A DNA stretch of 64,000 nucleotides, taken from NCBI GenBank assembly GCA_964016885.1, contig OZ024740.1, positions 432,140,001 through 432,204,000 on the forward strand, given 5' to 3'. A program made the translations under genes and the position numbers. Source of the DNA: Eledone cirrhosa. Its lineage: Eukaryota. The notes beneath the pieces were generated by a model. The model searched no databases. It was given only the letters and a program-made list of their open reading frames with translations, and was not told the origin of the DNA. Shown piece after piece: positions 54,901-64,000 of the stretch (the first letter of the stretch is position 1; each line of letters starts with the position of its first letter).

Positions 54901-57900
54901 TGGTTCTAACAGTTGCTACAGCTTGGGCACGTCCACTGAAATAGAACTTGGTTCTAACAGTTGCTACAGCTTGGGCACGTCCACTGAAATAGAACTTGGT
55001 TCTAACAGTTGCTACAACTTGGGCACGTCCACTGAAATAGAACTTGGTTCTAACAGTTGCTACAGCTTGGGCACATCCACTGAAATAGAACTTGGTTCTA
55101 AAAGTTGCTACACCTTGGGCACGTCCACTGAAATAGAACTTGGTTCTAACAGTTGCTACAGCTTGGGCACGGCCACTGAAATAGAACTTGGTTCTAACAG
55201 TTGCTACAGCTTGGGCACGTCCACTGAAATAGAACTTGGTTCTAGCAGTTGCTACAGCTTGGGCACGTCCACTGAAATAGAACTTGGTTCTAACAGTTGC
55301 TACAGCTTGGGCACGTCCACTGAAATAGAACTTGGTTCTAACAGTTGCTACAGTTTGGGCACATCCACTGAAAAAGAACTTGGTTCTAACAGTTGCTACA
55401 GCTTGGGCACGTCCACTGAAATAGAACTTGTTTCTAACAGTTGCTACAGCTTGGGCAGGTCCACTGAAATAGAACTTGGTTCTAACAGTTGCTACAGCTT
55501 GGGCACGGCCACTGAAATAGAACTTGGTTCTAACAGTTGCTACAGCTTGGGCACGTCCACTGAAATAGAACTTGGTTCTAACAGTTGCTACAGCTTGGGT
55601 ACGTCCACTGAAATAGAACATGGTTCTAACAGTTGCTACAGCTTGGGCACGTCCACTGAAATACTACTTGCTTCTAACAGTTGCTACAGCTTGGGCAGGT
55701 CCACTGAAATAGAACTTGGTTCTAACGGTTGCTACAGCTTGGGCAGGTCCACTGAAATAGAACTTGGTTCTAACAGTTGCTACAGCTTGGGCACGTCCAC
55801 TGAAATAGAACTTGGTTCTAACAGTTGCTACAGCTTGGGCAGGTCCACTGAAATAGAACTTGGTTCTAACAGTTGCTACATCTCGGGCAGGTCCACTGAA
55901 ATAGAACTTGGTTCTAACAGTTGCTACAGCTTGGGCACGTCCACTGAAATAGAACTTGGTTCTAACAGTTGCTACAGCTTGGGCACGTCCACTGAAATAG
56001 AACTTGGTTCTAACAGTTGCTACAGCTTGGGCACATCCACTGAAATAGAACTTGGTTCTAACAGTTGGTACAGCTTGGGCACGTCCACTGAAATAGAACT
56101 TGGTTCTAACAGTTGCTACAGCTTGGGCACGTCCACTGAAATAGAACTTGGTTCTAACAGTTGCTACAGCTTGGGCAGGTCCACTGAAATAGAACTTGGT
56201 TCTAACAGTTGCTACAGCTTGGGCACGTCCACGGAAATAGAACTTGGTTCTAACAGTTGCTACAGCTTGGGCACGTCCACTGAAATAGAACTTGTTTCTA
56301 ACAGTTGCTACAGCTTGGGCAGGTCCGCTGATATAGAACTTGGTTCTAACAGTTGCTACAGCTTGGGCACGTCCACTGAAATAGAACTTGTTTCTAACAG
56401 TTGCTACAGCTTGGGCAGGTCCACTGAAATAGAACTTGGTTCTAACAGTTGCTACAGCTTGGGCACGGCCACTGAAATAGAACTTGGTTCTAACAGTTGC
56501 TACAGCTTGGGCACGGCCACTGAAATAGAACTTGGTTCTAACAGTTGCTACAGCTTGGGCACGTCCACTGAAATAGAACTTGGTTCTAACAGTTGCTACA
56601 GCTTGGGCAGGTCCACTGAAATAGAACTTGGTTCTAACAGTTGCTACAGCTTGGGCACGGCCACTGAAATAGAACTTGGTTCTAACAGTTGCTACAGCTT
56701 GGGCAGGTCCACTGAAATAGAACTTGGTTCTAACAGTTGCTACAGCTTGGGCACGGCAACTGAAATAGAACTTGGTTCTAACAGTTGCTACAGCTTGGGC
56801 ACGTCCACTGAAATAGAACTTGGTTCTAACAGTTGCTACAGCTTGGGCACGTCCACTGAAATAGAACATGGTTCTAACAGTTGCTACAGCTTGGGCACGG
56901 CAACTGAAATAGAACTTGGTTCTAACAGTTGCTACAGCTTGGGCACGTCCACTGAAATAGAACTTGGTTCTAACAGTTGCTACAGCTTGGGTAGGTCCAC
57001 TGAAATAGAACTTGGTTCTAACAGTTGCTACAGCTTGGGCACGGCCACTGAAATTGAACTTGGTTCTAACAGTTGCTACAGCTTGGGCACGTCCACTGAA
57101 ATAGAACTTGGTTCTAACAGTTGCTACAGCTTGGGCACGTCCACTGAAATAGAACATGGTTCTAACAGTTGCTACAGCTTGGGCACGTCCACTGAAATAG
57201 AACTTGCTTCTAACAGTTGCTACAGCTTGGGCAGGTCCACTGAAATAGAACTTGGTTCTAACAGTTGCTACATCTTGGGCACGTCCACTGAAATAGAACT
57301 TGGTTCTAACAGTTGCTACAGCTTGGGCACGTCCACTGAAATAGAACTTGGTTCTAACAGTTGCTACAGCTTGGGCAGGTCCATTGAAATAGAACTTGGT
57401 TCTAACAGTTGCTACAGCTTGGGCACGTCCACTGAAATAGAACTTGGTTCTAACAGTTGCTACACCTTGGGCAGGTCCACTGAAATAGAACTTGGTTCTA
57501 ACAGTTGCTACAGCTTGGGCACGTCCACTGAAATAGAACTTGGTTCTAACAGTTGCTACAGCTTGGGCACGTCCACTGAAATAGAACTTGGTTCTAACAG
57601 TTGCTACAGCTTGGGCACGTCCACTGAAATAGAACTTGTTTCTAACAGTTGCTACAGCTTGGGCAGGTCCGCTGATATAGAACTTGGTTCTAACGGTTGC
57701 TACAGCTTGGGCAGGTCCACTGAAATAGAACTTGGTTCTAACAGTTGCTACAGCTTGGGCACGTCCACTGAAAAAGAACTTGGTTCTAACAGTTGCTACA
57801 GCTTGGGCACGGCCACTGAAATAGAACTTGGTTCTAACAGTTGCTACAGCTTGGGCACGTCCACTGAAATAGAACTTGGTTCTAACAGTTGCTACAGCTT

Positions 57901-60900
57901 GGGCAGGTCCACTGAAATAGAACTTGGTTCTAACAGTTGCTACAGCTTGGGCACGTCCACTGAAATAGAACTTGGTTCTAACAGTTATTACAGCTTGGGT
58001 AGGTCCACTGAAATAGAACTTGGTTCTAACAGTTGTTACAGCTTGGGCACGGCCACTGAAATAGAACTTGGTTCTAACAGTTGCTACAGCTTGGGCACGT
58101 CCACTGAAATAGAACTTGGTTCTAACAGTTGCTACAGCTTGGGTAGGTCCACTGAAATAGAACTTGGTTCTAACAGTTGCTACAGCTTGGGCAGGTGCAC
58201 TGAAATAGAACTTAGTTCTAACGGTTGCTACAGCTTGGGCACGTCCACTGAAATAGAACTTGGTTCTAACAGTTGCTACAGCTTGGGCACGTCCACTGAA
58301 ATAGAACTTGGTTCTAACAGTTGCTACAGCTTGGACAGGTCCATTGAAATAGAACTTGGTTCTAACAGTTGCTACAGCTTGGGCACGTCCACTGAAATAG
58401 AACTTGGTTCTAACAGTTGCTACACCTTGGGCACGTCCACTGAAATAGAACTTGGTTCTAACAGTTGCTACAGCTTGGGCACGTCCACTGAAATAGAACT
58501 TGGTTCTAACAGTTGCTACAGCTTGGGCACGTCCACTGAAATAGAACTTGGTTCTAACAGTTGCTACAGCTTGGGCACGTCCACTGAAATAGAACTTGGT
58601 TCTAACAGTTGCTACAGCTTGGGCAGGTCCACTGAAATAGAACTTGGTTCTAACAGTTGCTACAGCTTGGGCAGGTCCACTGAAATAGAACTTGGTTCTA
58701 ACAGTTGCTACAGCTTGGGCACGTCCACTGAAATAGAACTTGGTTCTAACAGTTGCTACAGCTTGGGCAGGTCCATTGAAATAGAACTTGGTTCTAACAG
58801 TTGCTACAGCTTGGGCACGTCCACTGAAATAGAACTTGGTTCTAACAGTTGCTACAGCTTGGGCACGTCCACTGAAATAGAACTTGGTTCTAACAGTTGC
58901 TACAGCTCGGGCAGGTTCACTGAAATAGAACTTGGTTCTAACAGTTGCTACAGCTTGGGCACGTCCACTGAAATAGAACTTGGTTCTAACAGTTGCTACA
59001 GCTTGGGCACGTCCACTGAAATAGAACTTGGTTCTAACAGTTGCTACAGCTTGGGCACGTCCACTGAAATAGAACTTGGTTCTAACAGTTGCTACAGCTT
59101 GGGCACGTCCACTGAAATAGAACTTGGTTCTAACAGTTGCTACAGCTTGGGCACGTCCACTGAAATAGAACTTGGTTCTAACAGTTGCTACAGCTTGGGC
59201 ACGGCCACTGAAATAGAACTTGGTTCTAACAGTTGCTACAGCTTGGGCACGGCCACTGAAATAGAACTTGGTTCTAACAGTTGCTACAGCTTGGGCACGT
59301 CCACTGAAATAGAACTTGGTTCTAACAGTTGCTACAGCTTGGGCAGGTCCACTGAAATAGAACTTGGTTCTAACAGTTGCTACAGCTTGGGCACGGCCAC
59401 TGAAATAGAACTTGGTTCTAACAGTTGCTACAGCTTGGGCAGGTCCACTGAAATAGAACTTGGTTCTAACAGTTGCTACAGCTTGGGCACGGCAACTGAA
59501 ATAGAACTTGGTTCTAACAGTTGCTACAGCTTGGGCACGTCCACTGAAATAGAACTTGGTTCTAACAGTTGCTACAGCTTGGGCACGTCCACTGAAATAG
59601 AACATGGTTCTAACAGTTGCTACAGCTTGGGCACGGCAACTGAAATAGAACTTGGTTCTAACAGTTGCTACAGCTTGGGCACGTCCACTGAAATAGAACT
59701 TGGTTCTAACAGTTGCTACAGCTTGGGTAGGTCCACTGAAATAGAACTTGGTTCTAACAGTTGCTACAGCTTGGGCACGTCCACTGAAATAGAACTTGCT
59801 TCTAACAGTTGCTACAGCTTGGGCAGGTCCACTGAAATAGAACTTGGTTCTAACAGTTGCTACATCTTGGGCACGTCCACTGAAATAGAACTTGGTTCTA
59901 ACAGTTGCTACAGCTTGGGCACGTCCACTGAAATAGAACGTGGTTCTAACAGTTGCTACAGCTTGGGCAGGTCCATTGAAATAGAACTTAGTTCTAACAG
60001 TTGCTACAGCTTGGACACGTCCACTGAAATAGAACTTGGTTCTAACAGTTGCTACACCTTGGGCAGGTCCACTGAAATAGAACTTGGTTCTAACAGTTGC
60101 TACAGCTTGGGCACGTCCACTGAAATAGAACTTGGTTCTAACAGTTGCTACAGCTTGGGCACGTCCACTGAAATAGAACTTGGTTCTAACAGTTGCTACA
60201 GCTTGGGCACGTCCACTGAAATAGAACTTGTTTCTAACAGTTGCTACAGCTTGGGCAGGTCCGCTGATATAGAACTTGGTTCTAACGGTTGCTACAGCTT
60301 GGGCAGGTCCACTGAAATAGAACTTGGTTCTAACAGTTGCTACAGCTTGGGCACGGCCACTGAAATAGAACTTGGTTCTAACAGTTGCTACAGCTTGGGC
60401 ACGGCCACTGAAATAGAACTTGGTTCTAACAGTTGCTACAGCTTGGGCACGTCCACTGAAATAGAACTTGGTTCTAACAGTTGCTACAGCTTGGGCAGGT
60501 CCACTGAAATAGAACTTGGTTCTAACAGTTGCTACAGCTTGGGCACGTCCACTGAAATAGAACTTGGTTCTAACAGTTGCTACAGCTTGGGTAGGTCCAC
60601 TGAAATAGAACTTGGTTCTAACAGTTGCTACAGTTTGGGCACGGCCACTGAAATAGAACTTGGTTCTAACAGTTGCTACAGCTTGGGCACGTCCACTGAA
60701 ATAGAACTTGGTTCTAACAGTTGCTACAGCTTGGGTAGGTCCACTGAAATAGAACTTGGTTCTAACAGTTGCTACAGCTTGGGCAGGTGCACTGAAATAG
60801 AACTTAGTTCTAACGGTTGCTACAGCTTGGGCAGGTCCACTGAAATAGAACTTGGTTCTAACAGTTGCTACAGCTTGGGCACGTCCACTGAAATAGAACT

Positions 60901-63900
60901 TGGTTCTAACAGTTGCTACAGCTTGGGCAGGTCCATTGAAATAGAACTTGGTTCTAACAGTTGCTACAGCTTGGGCACGTCCACTGAAATAGAACTTGGT
61001 TCTAACAGTTGCTACACCTTGGGCACGTCCACTGAAATAGAACTTGGTTCTAACAGTTGCTACAGCTTGGGCACGTCCACTGAAATAGAACTTGGTTCTA
61101 ACAGTTGCTACAGCTTGGGCACGTCCACTGAAATAGAACTTGGTTCTAACAGTTGCTACAGCTTGGGCACGTCCACTGAAATAGAACTTGGTTCTAACAG
61201 TTGCTACAGCTTGGGCACGTCCACTGAAATAGAACTTGGTTCTAACAGTTGCTACAGCTTGGGCACGTCCACTGAAATAGAACTTGGTTCTAACAGTTGC
61301 TACAGTTTGGGCACGTCCACTGAAATAGAACTTGGTTCTAACAGTTGCTACAGCTTGGGCAGGTCCATTGAAATAGAACTTGGTTCTAACAGTTGCTACA
61401 GCTTGGGCACGTCCACTGAAATAGAACTTGGTTCTAACAGTTGCTACAGCTTGGGCACGTCCACTGAAATAGAACTTGGTTCTAACAGTTGCTACAGCTC
61501 GGGCAGATTCACTGAAATAGAACTTGGTTCTAACAGTTGCTACAGCTTGGGCACGTCCACTGAAATAGAACTTGGTTCTAACAGTTGCTACAGCTTGGGC
61601 ACGTCCACTGAAATAGAACTTGGTTCTAACAGTTGCTACAGCTTGGGCACGTCCACTGAAATAGAACTTGGTTCTAACAGTTGCTACAGCTTGGGCACGT
61701 CCACTGAAATAGAACTTGGTTCTAACAGTTGCTACAGCTTGGGCACGTCCACTGAAATAGAACTTGGTTCTAACAGTTGCTACAGCTTGGGCACGGCCAC
61801 TGAAATAGAACTTGGTTCTAACAGTTGCTACAGCTTGGGCACGGCCACTGAAATAGAACTTGGTTCTAACAGTTGCTACAGCTTGGGCACGTCCACTGAA
61901 ATAGAACTTGGTTCTAACAGTTGCTACAGCTTGGGCAGGTCCACTGATATAGAACTTGGTTCTAACAGTTGCTACAGCTTGGGCACGGCCACTGAAATAG
62001 AACTTGGTTCTAACTGTTGCTACAGCTTGGGCAGGTCCACTGAAATAGAACTTGGTTCTAACAGTTGCTACAGCTTGGGCACGGCAACTGAAATAGAACT
62101 TGGTTCTAACAGTTGCTAGAGCTTGGGCACGTCCACTGAAATAGAACTTGGTTCTAACAGTTGCTACAGCTTGGGCACGTCCACTGAAATAGAACATGGT
62201 TCTAACAGTTGCTACAGCTTGGGCACGGCAACTGAAATAGAACTTGGTTCTAACAGTTGCTACAGCTTGGGCACGTCCACTGAAATAGAACTTGGTTCTA
62301 ACAGTTGCTACAGCTTGGGTAGGTCCACTGAAATAGAACTTGGTTCTAACAGTTGCTACAGCTTGGGCACGGCCACTGAAATTGAACTTGGTTCTAACAG
62401 TTGCTACAGCTTGGGCACGTCCACTGAAATAGAACTTGGTTCTAACAGTTGCTACAGCTTGGGCACGTCCACTGAAATAGAACATGGTTCTAACAGTTGC
62501 TACAGCTTGGGCACGTCCACTGAAATAGAACTTGCTTCTAACAGTTGCTACAGCTTGGGCAGGTCCACTGAAATAGAACTTGGTTCTAACAGTTGCTACA
62601 TCTTGGGCACGTCCACTGAAATAGAACTTGGTTCTAACAGTTGCTACAGCTTGGGCACGTCCACTGAAATAGAACTTGGTTCTAACAGTTGCTACAGCTT
62701 GGGCAGGTCCATTGAAATAGAACTTGGTTCTAACAGTTGCTACAGCTTGGGCACGTCCACTGAAATAGAACTTGGTTCTAACAGTTGCTACACCTTGGGC
62801 AGGTCCACTGAAATAGAACTTGGTTCTAACAGTTGCTACAGCTTGGGCACGTCCACTGAAATAGAACTTGGTTCTAACAGTTGCTACAGCTTGGGCACGT
62901 CCACTGAAATAGAACTTGGTTCTAACAGTTGCTACAGCTTGGGCACGTCCACTGAAATAGAACTTGTTTCTAACAGTTGCTACAGCTTGGGCAGGTCCGC
63001 TGATATAGAACTTGGTTCTAACGGTTGCTACAGCTTGGGCAGGTCCACTGAAATAGAACTTGGTTCTAACAGTTGCTACAGCTTGGGCACGGCCACTGAA
63101 ATAGAACTTGGTTCTAACAGTTGCTACAGCTTGGGCACGGCCACTGAAATAGAACTTGGTTCTAACAGTTGCTACAGCTTGGGCACGTCCACTGAAATAG
63201 AACTTGGTTCTAACAGTTGCTACAGCTTGGGCAGGTCCACTGAAATAGAACTTGGTTCTAACAGTTGCTACAGCTTGGGCACGTCCACTGAAATAGAACT
63301 TGGTTCTAACAGTTGCTACAGCTTGGGTAGGTCCACTGAAATAGAACTTGGTTCTAACAGTTGCTACAGCTTGGGCACGGCCACTGAAATAGAACTTGGT
63401 TCTAACAGTTGCTACAGCTTGGGCACGTCCACTGAAATAGAACTTGGTTCTAACAGTTGCTACAGCTTGGGTAGGTCCACTGAAATAGAACTTGGTTCTA
63501 ACAGTTGCTACAGCTTGGGCAGGTGCACTGAAATAGAACTTAGTTCTAACGGTTGCTACAGCTTGGGCAGGTCCACTGAAATAGAACTTGGTTCTAACAG
63601 TTGCTACAGCTTGGGCACGTCCACTGAAATAGAACTTGGTTCTAACAGTTGCTACAGCTTGGGCAGGTCCATTGAAATAGAACTTGGTTCTAACAGTTGC
63701 TACAGCTTGGGCACGTCCACTGAAATAGAACTTGGTTCTAACAGTTGCTACACCTTGGGCACGTCCACTGAAATAGAACTTGGTTCTAACAGTTGCTACA
63801 GCTTGGGCACGTCCACTGAAATAGAACTTGGTTCTAACAGTTGCTACAGCTTGGGCACGTCCACTGAAATAGAACTTGGTTCTAACAGTTGCTACAGCTT

Positions 63901-64000
63901 GGGCACGTCCACTGAAATAGAACTTGGTTCTAACAGTTGCTACAGTTTGGGCACGTCCACTGAAATAGAACTTGGTTCTAACAGTTGCTACAGCTTGGGC
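45980..64000. repeat. Satellite/minisatellite array B, 48-bp monomer, 375+ copies, runs off the right edge
   Basis: Consensus AACAGTTGCTACAGCTTGGGCACGTCCACTGAAATAGAACTTGGTTCT. Phase is identical at 45981 and 63981 (18000 = 375 x 48). Only substitution variants were seen. Confidence 0.99.

Noticed and set aside
45974-62485. 5374-aa, 3215-aa and 2273-aa ORFs as genes, e.g. ice-nucleation-like 16-aa repeats
   Set aside because: They are pure 48-bp satellite with no unique coding flank in the window. DNA identity between units is near 100% with no synonymous bias, and the 16-aa unit does not match the ice-nucleation AGYGSTxTA consensus. Kept only as a low-probability finding.
1-64000. CRISPR array interpretation (palindromic repeat units)
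   Set aside because: There are no unique spacers between repeats, no cas genes, and the context is eukaryotic LINE and microsatellite DNA.

Overview
This is non-coding, eukaryotic-type repetitive DNA. About 95% of the window is two different head-to-tail satellite arrays. Array A is a 75-bp repeat (1-42948, about 572 monomers, truncated by the window start). Array B is a 48-bp repeat (45980-64000, 375+ monomers, truncated by the window end). Both show higher-order structure that can be traced from diagnostic variants. The roughly 3-kb spacer (42949-45979) holds GA, TA, CAT and GAGT microsatellites, small degenerate minisatellites and a nest of decayed RTE-clade non-LTR retrotransposon 3' fragments. 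One fragment is missing from the ORF track, one piece is locally inverted, and two 3' ends lie tail-to-tail with a covarying hairpin. The giant ORFs (up to 5374 aa) are best explained as artefacts of stop-free monomers whose length is divisible by 3. I found no intact gene, RNA gene or CRISPR array, and no convincing new multi-gene system. The best leads are a 9-bp core shared by the two satellites, the opposite homogeneity gradients of the arrays, and the LINE 3'-end structure. All coordinates and counts were read by hand.
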